Shown here: piece by piece, positions 39,749 to 52,668 of the stretch
Numbering within the stretch: position 1 is the first letter of the stretch
Layout: each line of letters opens with the position of its first letter
Assembly (NCBI RefSeq): GCF_001194135.2
Contig: NC_068998.1
Coordinates: forward strand, 40,672,487 to 40,736,486
Length of the DNA: 64,000 bases
Direction of reading: 5' to 3'
DNA from: Octopus bimaculoides
Taxonomy: Eukaryota
The notes under the pieces: generated by a model
What the model saw: the letters and a program-made list of their open reading frames with translations, nothing else
Database searches by the model: none
What the model was told of the DNA's origin: nothing
Position numbers and translations under genes: made by a program

Positions 39749-40324
39749 TGTAGGGTAGGTGTGAGAGGCTGGATGTGGCCAGTTTCAATGCTAAAGGGTT
39801 AAAGAGAAGATCCATGACCTTCTTGCCAGAAATCTATCTTTTGGTCGCCTGTATTATTGTTAGAGCAGCAGATGTTTGGTATTTAGGTTTCTCCATGTTC
39901 TAGGTCTGAACCTTACTGAGGTCAGCTGTTTGTCTGTCATCCTTCTGGGAGGGGATTGATGAAGCATGTGCCAGTGAAGTAATGGTGGAGTTCAATATAT
40001 AATCAACTGTACACTCTCCTTTCTCAAAAATATTTTTGGTCTTGTACCTAGCTTAAGTATTTTATAGCACAGTTAGTGATCAATGGTGTTATTGGTTACA
40101 AGTTTCTAATGGGTTAATCACTAGTTTAGTGACAAGGGATTGCTAAAGTGATGCAGAACAAACATCTCCAGGGACTTGGAGAGGATTGTTTTTTTTTCTT
40201 TTAAACATTTCCTCATCAATGTTTATATCTTTTGCTGATATCAAATCAGTAGATGACATATATACACACAAAAACACACAAGTACATATACTTACTTATA
40301 TGTTGGGCCTCTGACACACACACA

Positions 40325-40503
<179 letters not shown>

Positions 40504-40912
40504 ATATTTATATATTGGGCCTCTGCTTAGTTTCTGTCTCACAAATTCTACTCACAAGGTCATCCCTGGCACTACTTGGGTAGAATTGAGCCTGGGACCT
40601 TGTTGTTGAGGATCATTCTTCATAACCACACAACCATGCCAGTGCTATTTTATGATTATTTTTTTGTTAAGTTTGTGAAATTTCAACAATTACTTAATTT
40701 CCAAAACTTTAGATTATTTTTCCAAACACGGCTTTGTTTTCTTAACCTTTTTTCTTTAATTTCCAAACTTATACCTTCTTTTTTTCATCAAGGAAACTAA
40801 AAATACGAAGCATACTCCCCATGAAAAATTAAACTCCTTGCTTAAAACTATAATAATTTTTCTAGTTCCAATGTGTTCTTTCTCACCTCTTTTTCTTCTC
40901 CTTCTTCCATAG

Positions 40913-41080
40913 ATGTCTGGCAGTATAATGGATAATGACCAAACTCAAGACCAAATTGCTCTCCATAAAGGAGCCTCGACAGCTCGTTGTCCATCGGCAG
41001 CTGTCGGAAGACGCAGCTGTACTGTCGCTATAGACAACCGGACAAACAATATACTTAATGTAACTCCACCATCTTCAGCT
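40913..41080 (+). CDS. NSD2: Probable NSD coding exon 4 (168 nt, phase 0/0, possible cassette)
   Basis: A ~40-nt polypyrimidine tract ends CATAG. There are 56 open codons, GC/CpG-richer than the flanks, and a GTGAGT donor at 41081. Phases match the neighbours. No conserved domain confirms it. Confidence 0.7.
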
Positions 41081-42018
41081 GTGAGTGATCTATAAAACTT
41101 GACAACTTTCCTTTAGCTAAAAACCTTTCTTCCTTTGTCCAGCAATTTCTTTTAAGGTTCTTGGAAAAGGTTTGATATGACAAGCTTTTCCCACTGCTGG
41201 TCATGGTGACTGAAACTTCAGTCTGCCACACACACACATTAAATATTTATGGCATTTTGAAAGAGGGAGAGATAGAAGAAGAAAAAAGAAACCAACCCTA
41301 AAATCATGATCAGACAGTATCTGTCTAATTCATATCGTGTGTTGGGTTTGGTGGCTTTTGAATCTCTCTGCCTGAATATTGGCTATTCTTGCCTATGAAG
41401 TGTGACCTCATCCCTAACTTAGCACTTGAAATAGGAACAGCAGAGATTGACACCTGATGTACTTGTATATGAGGCCAGCATATACATATATATATATATA
41501 TAGAGAGAGATATATATATTCCTTAATTTAACTATTTTGATACCAACCCACTCAAAACCACCCTTGGTTCTATGATACAAGTTTTCTATTTTAGAGTGAT
41601 CGAAATTAAAATCTATTAAAATTTCATGTTAATTTATGTTGCAATCACCACCTTAATAAGGACAGAGTTATTTTCAAAATTAATTTAAGCAAAAGCAGTG
41701 TATTTCAACAAATGTAGTAATGAAAAGGTAAAAGCCCATTTTCCAAACTAGGTTTGGACAGGGAATTAGTTGCTGCAGGATTTTTATATGGTCAGATGCT
41801 CTCCCTGTTGCCAACTCATAGCTGTTTTCAGGTAAGGGATTTTCTTTATTTCACAGACCTTCAAAAGTACAGAGCAACCAATCATGACATCAACAAAGAA
41901 TGCTAACATTGTCACCACTTCACTCAAATGGTGATGTAGAAAGCATTTACCTAAGTTGCTGCACAGAAGAACTGAGATTTCTTAACCACACAGCCATGCC
42001 CCTGCATGTATAATATAT

Positions 42019-42435
42019 CATCATCATCATTGTTTAACATCTGCTTTCCATGCTGGCATGGATCGGATGGTTTGACATGGAGCTGGCTAGCAGGGAGCTG
42101 TCCAAACTCCAGCTGTCTGTTGAGGCATGGTTTCTGCAAGTGGATGCCCTTCTTTACACCAACCACTTAACAGTGTGTGCTGGGTGCTTTTTATGTGCCA
42201 CCGGCATGGGTGCGTCAACACAGCACTGGCACGAGTGCTTTTTAAGTGGCATTGGCACCTGAAACCTGTACGTGTGGAAGACAGTAATTTTACTTAGCTT
42301 GACGTGTCTTATCAAGTACAGTAAATCACGACAACTCCCGGTGCCTTGTCATTTCCTTAATGTGGCCCAGCATCCAAAAATCCTTTCTCACCACTTTGTT
42401 CTATGTTTTCCTGGGTCTACCCCTTCCACAGGCAC
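42019..42435 (-). mobile_element. RTE LINE 3' fragment (others ~9050-9185+, 23308-23530-, 43095-43355-, 45502-45700-, 47752-48080-, 50805-51007+, 56605-56790-, 59790-60003+)
   Basis: (CAT)n tail plus CGTTTAA.GTC.GCTTTCCATGCTGGCATGGG on +. The far end matches the RGRPRKTW-coding segment at ~62680. Confidence 0.8.
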
Positions 42436-44599
42436 CCTCCTCAATTAAAGCTAGGTGTGGCTTGTGGTAAGAAGTTTGTTTCCTAACCATATAGCACGGT
42501 TCAATCCCATCATGGATCACCTTGGGCAAGTGTCTTCTACTCTAGCCTTGGACAAAGTTGATTTGGTAGATAAAAACTGAAAGAAGCCCGTTGTGTGTGT
42601 GTGTGTGTTACTGTTTCCTTGTCTTGACATCATGTGGTAGCTGCAAACGAGTGTCACCTTCATACAAGTAGCGTCCTTTATTTCCAATATCCTGTAAAAA
42701 GATGTCTGGCCATGGGGATGTGTTACCTTACTTGGGAAAGGTTGGCAACAGGAAGGATATCTAGGCATGGAAAATCCACCCTAACAAATTCCCTCCTACC
42801 CATGCAAGCATGGAAAGTGGGTGATAAAACAATACCCGTACACTTATATACATACATATATACACTTACACATGTAGATAAACTTATGTACACACACACA
42901 CACAAACACAAATCTTGCTGAGCTAAAAGCATTGATATTGTCATTTCTCCTGTCAAGAAATCACCTGCTGGGTTTGCATCTTTGAGAATGTGTAGAAAAA
43001 GAGACTTGAATGACAGGAAGAGCAGCTGGGTATAAAAATAATGCCTCATTAACATATTTATGTAGTCCATGCAAGTATGGAGAAATTATCAAAATCATCG
43101 TCATCGTTTAACGTATGCTTTCCATGCTGGCATGGGTTGGACGGTTTGACTATGGACTGGCAAGTCAGGAGGCTGCACCAGGCTCCAATCTGATCTGGCA
43201 AGGTTTCTACAGCTGGATGCCCTTCCTAACACCAACCACTCCAAGAATGTAGTGGGTGCTTTTTACGTGCCACTGGCATGGGGCCAGTCAGGCGGCACTG
43301 GTACCGACCATGCTCGAATGGTTGTTTTTTTATGTGCCACTGGCATGAGCCATGACTATGATTTAATATTTAAACCCTGTTATTAGCTTAACTTTCTTAT
43401 TTGTTTTGTTAACCATAATTTTTACTTAACCCTTTAGCATTCAAACTGATATCTGGCCCAAATATTCTACCTGTTTTATGTTCAAAATGGCCAGATCTGG
43501 CCTCTCACACCAACACTACAATGTCATTTTAAAATTAATCAAATCAGCAAAATCTCAAAGCTATGAGATAGTGCATAATGGACTAAAAAAAAATGTGAAT
43601 AAATATGCTTTTGATTTGACAGAATAATTGAAATGTTTGAGGGTTAAACAACTTGCCTGAACTCCATTTACATCATTAGTTCAACATACATTATTACAAG
43701 GAGCCTTTATGTGGTGCTTTACCTGCAGGAAAATCAGTCATTACTGTCTTGCTGAATGAACCAACACAATAAACAAAACAAGATTGTGTTTGATCATAGG
43801 TGTACTTGATCCAGGCTGACTTGGGGCTANNNNNNNNNNNNNNNNNNNNNNNNNNNNNNNNNNNNNNNNNNNNTACTCAATATACTGTTTCAAGTTACAT
43901 TTAACTTAAGAAAAAAAATTTGCGGAATTTAATAGAATACCTTAATTATAATTGATTACAATTAATCCAGTATTTGAGTACATAACTTAGGGAATTTGTA
44001 ATTTAAATATGAATAAACACTTTAAAATGGTCCATTCCAATTTTAAAATGGTCGATTTTAGTTTTGTTAGACCAGGGCTGGTCTCAGGTTAGTTTGTTTT
44101 AAAAGGGGTAAATTACACTATATTTATTTGCCCTATATTTGTTTTGCAGCTAAGTGCCCAGTCCTGGAGCATAATCCAGATGATTTTGTTTATTTGAAAC
44201 CTTCACCTCTTCCTTTTTATTTATCTGTTTATGTGATATTTATATATTTTATATATATACTTTGGCATGGGCATGGCTGTGTGGTTATGCAGTTTGCCTT
44301 GCTCTCACCTGGTTCAGAGCTTGATTCCATTACATCATTCAATATGATTGAATGAAACTGTTGACCGGTGTGTCACAGCATGGCGACTATACATTGACTG
44401 AAACCAAAAAAGAATGTATGTGTGTGTACTTGTATGTGTATGCATATTGTGAACAGTCATGTTTGTGTGAATGTGTGTATATATATATATATATCATAAT
44501 TTAACATCTGCCTTTTATGCAATGTATGAATGTATATATACACACACATGCACATATATACATATATGATTATCATCATTTAACACCTGCTTTCCAGTT

Positions 44600-44900
44600 A
44601 ATGTGGAGAAATATCGTTATCAAGTGGGAGCATTGCACAAAAATTTGCAGGAAAAACTTGCATCGTCGGTCAGTCTTAAAGGGCTGTTGGTCTTACAGGA
44701 CAATGTAAGACCACATAGCATTCTAGTCGCTCTGGTAAAGATTATAGCACTAAATATGAAAGTTTCACCTTGTCCTATGTATTCTCCTGGCTTTGGTCCA
44801 TCTGATCACCATCTTTTCAGATCATTATAACATTATTTAGAGGGGAAAGAGTTTAATTGTGACAAGATTAAAAATGATAATTAGTGTTTCTTAGATGAAA
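44600..44900 (+). mobile_element. Mariner transposase C-terminal relic
   Basis: ORF 44603-44830: LQDNVRPH ... YSPGFGPSDHHLFRSL. Confidence 0.8.
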
Positions 44901-45199
44901 TTTTGTTATCAATAATTAAAGGAAATATAAGGATTAAATACATACCACTTAATCCAAAGAAGCATTGCATTTGTCTCATTCTCTTATTGAAATGTGAAAA
45001 GACTTCCTTGCCAACTTCGAAACGCCGGTGTTAAAACGGGGGTAGCTGATGAAGAAGAATGTTCTCTATGTGGCTTGTGTGTTTTCTCGTCTACGTTTTG
45101 TTTGCAATGTCCTGTACCCAGATATGCACCTATACATACAGGTGGATGTCGGTATGCACATACCTGTACGTATATATGCATATACTCATTTACTATTTG

Positions 45200-45203
<4 letters not shown>

Positions 45204-45263
<60 letters not shown>
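45204..45263. repeat. (TA)n microsatellite (one of many TA/TG/CA/ATT tracts)
   Basis: Direct inspection. Confidence 0.97.
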
Positions 45264-45268
<5 letters not shown>

Positions 45269-45843
45269 CTTTAGAGAGATTTAGAAATATTAGTATTTCT
45301 ATATATGTGTGTGTGTCAGTACATAGACAATGTGCTTTTTGTGGCTATAAGGGTGTTTGACTCTTATTTCTAGCACTGTAGGTGCTACCCTGCACCCTCA
45401 ATCACTATTAGTGACAATCAAATTTTTCCTTTTTGGTTTTATATTGTGTCTAGCCACCTTCATTATTATTGTTATTATATATATATATATATATATGAAA
45501 TCATCATCATCATCATTTAATGTCCATTTTCCATGCTGTCATGGGTTGGATGGTTTGACAGGAGTTGACAAGTGAGAGGACTGTGCCAGGCTTTGCTGTC
45601 TACTTTAACATGTTTTCTGTAGCTGGATGATCTTCCTAGTGCCAGCCACTTCACCAAGTGTACTGGGTGCCTTTTTTGTGGCACCTGGCACCATCCAGGT
45701 GCTTATCAAGTAATTTGCAGGACAAGATCCCTCAACTGAGGGAGGGAGTAGTATTGAGGAAGGTGACTCTGTGTCAGGTGATGAGTGATTAGAGTATGAT
45801 AGAATGTCTGAAACAGGTATCTTGCAGTAGAGGAGATGCATAG

Positions 45844-46055
45844 AGGCGGCGAGCTGGACGAAATGTTTAGTGGTATTTCGTCTGCCGTTACGTTCTGAGT
45901 TCAAATTCCACTGAGGTCAACTTTGCCTTTGATCCTTTCGGGGTCGATAAATTAAGTACCAGTTATGCACTGGGGTCGATGTAATCGACTTCATCTCTTT
46001 GTCTGTCCTTGTTTGTCCCCTCTATGTTTAGCCCCTTGTGGGCAATAAAGAAATA
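45844..46055 (+). mobile_element. Family A SINE with perfect 15-bp TSD, nested in an older repeat
   Basis: AGAGGAGATGCATAG at 45829-45843 and 46056-46070. Confidence 0.9.
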
Positions 46056-46600
46056 AGAGGAGATGCATAGCTCCCCCATTTGGAAAAAAGAGAGAGGGAG
46101 AGAAAACTGGAGGGAGACAGAGATGGTGAAGAAAATGTATTGGGGTGTAGTTTCAAGTTACAGAGAGGTTGTACATTTGCATAGTATAGTACCTGTCGGA
46201 AGCAACATGATAGAAATCTCCTTTCAATAACAACTTCTTTTCCAAATCTTTTGTCTCAGTTTTCTTTTGTGTAGTATTTCAAGTTGTCCTTCTACTTCAA
46301 ACCTTGCTTCTCTTTCTTCTTGTGTTTTGTTGTTGTTTTATAGCATTTGTCCCCGATTCACATTGAACAGTGACTTGTGATTATCTTCATCTTTCTTGTT
46401 GCTCAGAGTGAAACAGTTTTTTTTGTGACTGGGCATTTCTTCAGTTTGACTCACAGTGATTTCTTGAATGTATAGAAAATTATCTGTTCACTTCGTTATC
46501 CTTATGCTCTCTCACTCCTCACTTTCAATTATTCTCACCAGCTCATGAATGTCTTTACTATTTTCTATTTTATATATATATATATATATACATATATATA

Positions 46601-47351
46601 NNNNNNNNNNNNNNNNNNNNNNNNNNNNNNNNNNNNNNNNNNNNNNNNNNNNNNNNNNNNNNNNNNNNNNNNNNNNNNNNNNNNNNNNNNNNNNNNNNNN
46701 NNNNNNNNNNNNNNNNNNNNNNNNNNNNNNNNNNNNNNNNNNNNNNNNNNNNNNNNNNNNNNNNNNNNNNNNNNNNNNNNNNNNNNNNNNNNNNNNNNNN
46801 NNNNNNNNNNNNNNNNNNNNNNNNNNNNNNNNNNNNNNNNNNNNNNNNNNNNNNNNNNNNNNNNNNNNNNNNNNNNNNNNNNNNNNNNNNNNNNNNNNNN
46901 NNNNNNNNNNNNNNNNNNNNNNNNNNNNNNNNNNNNNNNNNNNNNNNNNNNNNNNNNNNNNNNNNNNNNNNNNNNNNNNNNNNNNNNNNNNNNNNNNNNN
47001 NNNNNNNNNNNNNNNNNNNNNNNNNNNNNNNNNNNNNNNNNNNNNNNNNNNNNNNNNNNNNNNNNNNNNNNNNNNNNNNNNNNNNNNNNNNNNNNNNNNN
47101 NNNNNNNNNNNNNNNNNNNNNNNNNNNNNNNNNNNNNNNNNNNNNNNNNNNNNNNNNNNNNNNNNNNNNNNNNNNNNNNNNNNNNNNNNNNNNNNNNNNN
47201 NNNNNNNNNNNNNNNNNNNNNNNNNNNNNNNNNNNNNNNNNNNNNNNNNNNNNNNNNNNNNNNNNNNNNNNNNNNNNNNNNNNNNNNNNNNNNNNNNNNN
47301 NNNNNNNNNNNNNNNNNNNNNNNNNNNNNNNNNNNNNNNNNNNNNNNNNNN
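46601..47351. other. Assembly gap (others: 22647-22668, 43830-43873, 48693-49626, 52669-53157)
   Basis: Runs of N. Confidence 1.
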
Positions 47352-48084
47352 CTCTCTTTCTCTCTCTGTGAAAGTATCTGTCACTACAGTATCGAAATGT
47401 GATTGTTTCAGTTAGTGGAATAGTTTCATTTTTAAAGTGAAAGTATTTGACATGAGTGTTTTTGTTTCACTTTTGACACGTAATACTTAAATAGTGGAGG
47501 AGATATTATGTTGCCGTGTGCTCGAACTCTGCAAGAAGTTAATAATTTTTTTTGACTAAAACACAACTGGAACCCTAAGTAAGGCATGTGTAAAATTTGA
47601 ATGAAATTGGTTGCGTAGTTCTCGAATTTTAGGGATTCACACAGACAGACAGACAGACAGACAGACACACATTCTCATTTTTATATATATAGATATATAT
47701 ATATATATATATGTATATATTGATATATATATATGTATATATTGATATATATTCATCATCATCATCGTCGTCGTTTAATGTCCACTTTCCATGCTAGCAA
47801 GGGTTGGACGATTTGACTGAAGACTGGTGAAACCAGATGGCTACACCTGGCTCCAATCTGATTTGGCAGAGTTTCTACAGCTGGATGCCCTTCCTAACGC
47901 CAACCACTCCAAGAGTGTAGTGGGTGCTTTTACGTGCCACCGGCACGAAGGCCAGTCAGGCTGTACTGGCAACGGCCACGCTCAAAATGGTGTATTGTAC
48001 GTGCCACCTGCACAGGAGTCAGTTCGGCGGCGCTGGCAACGATCTTCCTCGAATGTCTTTACACGTGCCATCTGGCATGTGCTG

Positions 48085-50545
48085 AGAGACCTTGCTGCAT
48101 GCAATCAAGCCCTATGCATAGCACTTGTGGAAACTTACTTCAGCCCTGATATAGAGGATGCAGAAGTACACGTACCAAAATATGTCATACTGCGAACAGA
48201 CAGAAGGGAAAGGAGCCATGGTGGAGTTGCTGTATACATCCGTGACGACCTCACACCCCAGGTCTTACTGTCATACTCAAATTTGGTATGTGACACTCTA
48301 ATTGTATACATAAGACAACATAATATAGTCATATGCAATACATATTGCCCACCGGATGCTCCAAACCACATAGGCAAACTTGAAGATTGCTTCACTAGAA
48401 TTAAGGAAATCCTCATGAAACTGGAACACCACGTGACTATATTTCTTATGGGTGATTTCAACTTCCCCAACGTCAAATGGCCCGAAGGTCTCATACTCTC
48501 AGGAATGACTTATCGCAAGCAAGCACAGGTGGAATGCCTGCTCAACCTCACCAATGCCCTATTCATGGAGCAAGCTGTTCTCAGACCAACTAGAGCGAAT
48601 AACATTCTGGATCTCTACTTCACGAACAATATGGACATCATTCATGATGTGAAAGTGACGCCGACATTAGTCCCAGAGCACAAGGCCAAAACNNNNNNNN
48701 NNNNNNNNNNNNNNNNNNNNNNNNNNNNNNNNNNNNNNNNNNNNNNNNNNNNNNNNNNNNNNNNNNNNNNNNNNNNNNNNNNNNNNNNNNNNNNNNNNNN
48801 NNNNNNNNNNNNNNNNNNNNNNNNNNNNNNNNNNNNNNNNNNNNNNNNNNNNNNNNNNNNNNNNNNNNNNNNNNNNNNNNNNNNNNNNNNNNNNNNNNNN
48901 NNNNNNNNNNNNNNNNNNNNNNNNNNNNNNNNNNNNNNNNNNNNNNNNNNNNNNNNNNNNNNNNNNNNNNNNNNNNNNNNNNNNNNNNNNNNNNNNNNNN
49001 NNNNNNNNNNNNNNNNNNNNNNNNNNNNNNNNNNNNNNNNNNNNNNNNNNNNNNNNNNNNNNNNNNNNNNNNNNNNNNNNNNNNNNNNNNNNNNNNNNNN
49101 NNNNNNNNNNNNNNNNNNNNNNNNNNNNNNNNNNNNNNNNNNNNNNNNNNNNNNNNNNNNNNNNNNNNNNNNNNNNNNNNNNNNNNNNNNNNNNNNNNNN
49201 NNNNNNNNNNNNNNNNNNNNNNNNNNNNNNNNNNNNNNNNNNNNNNNNNNNNNNNNNNNNNNNNNNNNNNNNNNNNNNNNNNNNNNNNNNNNNNNNNNNN
49301 NNNNNNNNNNNNNNNNNNNNNNNNNNNNNNNNNNNNNNNNNNNNNNNNNNNNNNNNNNNNNNNNNNNNNNNNNNNNNNNNNNNNNNNNNNNNNNNNNNNN
49401 NNNNNNNNNNNNNNNNNNNNNNNNNNNNNNNNNNNNNNNNNNNNNNNNNNNNNNNNNNNNNNNNNNNNNNNNNNNNNNNNNNNNNNNNNNNNNNNNNNNN
49501 NNNNNNNNNNNNNNNNNNNNNNNNNNNNNNNNNNNNNNNNNNNNNNNNNNNNNNNNNNNNNNNNNNNNNNNNNNNNNNNNNNNNNNNNNNNNNNNNNNNN
49601 NNNNNNNNNNNNNNNNNNNNNNNNNNATAGGCTTATCTCTCTGACTTCACACATCAGCAAAGTCATAGAAAGGATAGTCAGAGGAAAACTAATCGCATTC
49701 CTTGAAGAAAATAACTTGCTGAGTGATACCCAACATGGCTTTCGACCAGGTAGGAGCTGCCTGACCCAGCTCTTACAACATTATGACTGGGTGTTGAGGC
49801 AGTTACTCAACAACTCAAATGTGGACGTAATATACCTTGATTTTGCAAAAGCTTTTGACAAAGTGGATCATGGTGTGATATGCCACAAACTGCGTGATCT
49901 TGGCATAGCTGGAAAACTTGGAGAGTGGTTACATGACTTTCTGAAAGATAGAAGTCAGGCAGTAATGGCTATGAAAACACAAATAGTCAGCGGTGTTCGA
50001 CAAGGTACTGTCTTGGGACCATTGCTTTTTATAGTTGCCCTCAAGTGCCCGGATAGCCACCCTTGTAAGCTATGCAGACGATACGAAAGTCTCGCAGAAA
50101 ATACAGAACTCCAGTGATGTTGCACATCTGCAGCAGGAGTTGGACTCAATTTACAGATGGGCTGAGGATAATAATATGCAGTTTAATGCTGAAAAATTCC
50201 AAGCCCTGTACTACCAACGTCCAAAACTGAATATGAAACTTACAGAGTACACTGGTCGGCAGGGAATTTCAATCCCAGAGCCATGATACCTCTTTCCAAG
50301 TGCACATTACCAGGATGGCGACAAAGTGCAGACGACTGGCTGGCTGGATCCTGAGAACATTCAGAACCAGAGATAAGGAAACCATGATAGCAATCCAGAG
50401 AAGATTCACAAAGAAGATTGTCTCTTTGCAACTGCTGAACTACTGGAGAGAAGGTGGGAGAGGTATGCAGTAATATACATCTGGAAGATCCTGGAAGGAA
50501 TTGTGCCAAATTTTGGCATTGAAAGCTACACCAATGTCAGAACGG
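48085..50545 (+). mobile_element. CR1-like non-LTR retrotransposon ORF2 (APE endonuclease + RT), gapped and frameshifted
   Basis: EN motifs ETY, GGVAVYI, GDFNFP and PTR..NILDL precede the gap. RT motifs ISLTSHISKVIER, QHGFRPGRSC, YLDFAKAFDKVDH, GVRQGTVLGPLLF and YADD (50071-50082) follow it. The gap size fits a single element. Confidence 0.93.
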
Positions 50546-50546
50546 G

Positions 50547-50596
<50 letters not shown>

Positions 50597-50676
50597 ATAT
50601 CATCATTATAATCATCATCGTTTAACGTCCGCTTTCCATGCTAGCATATTATTTATATATATGTGTGTGTAGATAC

Positions 50677-50724
<48 letters not shown>

Positions 50725-51444
50725 GTGTGTATATATATATATATGTGTGTGTGTGTGTATATATGTGTATATATATGTGTGTGTGTATGTATATATGTGT
50801 GTCTGGCACTTGTACCGGTTACATGTGTAAAGACATTAGAGCATGATCGTTGCCAGTACCGCCTGACTGGCCTTCATGCCTGTGGTACGTAAAAGCACCC
50901 ACTACACTCTCGGAGTGGTTGGCGTTAGGAAGGGCATCCAGCTGTAGAAACTCTGCCAAATCAGATTATATAGCCTGGTGTAGCCATCTGGTTCACCAGT
51001 CCTCAATTTTCCGGTTCACTTAACTGTAAATAGGTTACATCACTGCTGTAAACAGCACAAGCCAGTCGTTGGCTCTTTTGGTGATGGTTGAATATTGTCC
51101 ACTCTGGAGTGGGAGACTGTCTCTTCCAATTTTGAAGTATTTTGTAATTAACGTTGTGCATGCATAAGAAATCATCCTTATTATTATTATTAATGTTATT
51201 ATTATTGTTAGTGTGATGGACAAAATACTTCTTTGTAGTTTTCAGTTGTGTTTCATCATGATCTCAGTTCACATTTTACCCAAGTTGACCATTGCTCTCC
51301 AATCGAATATTTGGTTGCTGTATTCATCTAGTCAACTCTACCCTATGTCTGAAACAGAAATCTTCCATCTTTGTTGAGGCAATAAAGGAATAGATTAGTA
51401 TTGTTATTATTATTATTGTTATTCTTAAACTTTCATCTTTTCAG

Positions 51445-51549
51445 ATTAATTCCAAACCAAATTCAACCAGAAAGAGGCGGAGTGTACAGAGCAAAGGCTT
51501 TGGCAGCAAGATGTTTCAGGATTCCAGTTCTTTAGCAGAACATCATCAG
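51445..51549 (+). CDS. NSD2: NSD coding exon 5 (105 nt, phase 0/0), basic TRKRRS segment
   Basis: Acceptor TTTCATCTTTTCAG, 35 open codons, donor CAG|GTAAGT. Confidence 0.8.
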
Positions 51550-52288
51550 GTAAGTTGTCTATTGGAAGTGGCAATAGCACTGTCATTGTCAAGTCCAAGC
51601 TCAGCTGTGGCTGAACAGACTTATTGTCACAAACATTCTAGACATGGCTATCCTGTTCATTTGGGCCATAATGTATCCCAAGACTTGTGGTATTGGTTCT
51701 CTGTTGTTCAATAATGAGGATTCAGTTGTTGAATGAATTGAGATGCAAGTTCATTAGATCAGTGTATAATTGGTTGAGTATTCCACAGACATGTGTACTC
51801 TTAATAATCCTCAGGCAGAATCAGTATGGCTCAGTATGTGTGACAAGGCTGTACCCTTCTGGATTACAGGTACAATCCAATTGACGGGTTTCTGTACAGT
51901 TTCCTTCTATCCAATTACAAAGTATGGGGGTTGACCCTAGGTTGTAGAAAATGATGTTTGCACGAGACGCTACGCACGGGGATTGAACCTGGTACTCCAT
52001 AGCTGTGATGCAAACTTCTTAACCATTTGCCCATACTGCACTCTATCACACACACACATGTACAACAAGTGTCTGCTCTGTTTTAGTCCACCAAACTCTC
52101 TCACAGGACTGAAAAACCTGGGGTTATAACAAGAGATTCATAAAGTGCCGTGTTTTGGGATTGAGCATAGAACCATGTGATTACAAAGCGTACTTTTTAA
52201 CAACCTGGCCATGTGTTTTTTTTTTTCTTGTTGTTTTTGGTTATCTTTTGTTCAGTGTTTTTTTAAATCTTTTCCTTTACCATTTTAG

Positions 52289-52668
52289 ATGAACAACAGC
52301 AGCAGCAAGAGCATTGATGGTCACGGCAAGAGTGCAGAATTCAGGCATGCTTCTTCTCACCAGAGAGGCCAGCTAATTCCAAAAGTGGAGCTGGACAGAG
52401 ACGGTGTGAAATTACTTGTAAAACAGGAGGAGAATAACGAGGAAGAGGGGCATGAGGAGGAGGATGAGGAAGAAGAAGAAGAGGAGGAAGAGGAGGAAGA
52501 AGAAGAAGAAGAAGAAGAGGAGGAAGAGGAGGATGATGAATATGAGTTGGAGATCTTCAAACTGTCTTCCAGTTGGCCTGTGAAGAGAGAGAACGTGTGC
52601 CAAATCTGCGAAAAACCTGGCGACCTTACTGACTGCGAAGGACCATGTTTGGGTTCTTATCACTTGCA
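52289..52668 (+). CDS. NSD2: NSD coding exon 6 (3' end lost in gap): acidic tract and PHD1 start
   Basis: Acceptor CCTTTACCATTTTAG, phase 0. Peptide [26 protein letters not shown] matches NSD PHD1. Confidence 0.93.

Noticed and set aside
46512-47415. Long ORFs spanning N-gaps (also 48638-49666, 52412-53428, 52645-53193)
   Set aside because: Open only because N is translated as X.
47827-49644. 605-aa ORF as a real protein
   Set aside because: It is a chance in-frame join of an antisense RTE tail, the CR1 endonuclease and 934 N.
40913-52291. Internal-promoter C-terminal isoform (RE-IIBP-like), suggested by ATGs at the starts of exons 4 and 6
   Set aside because: No promoter-like or CpG-rich signal supports it; the ATG positions may be coincidental.
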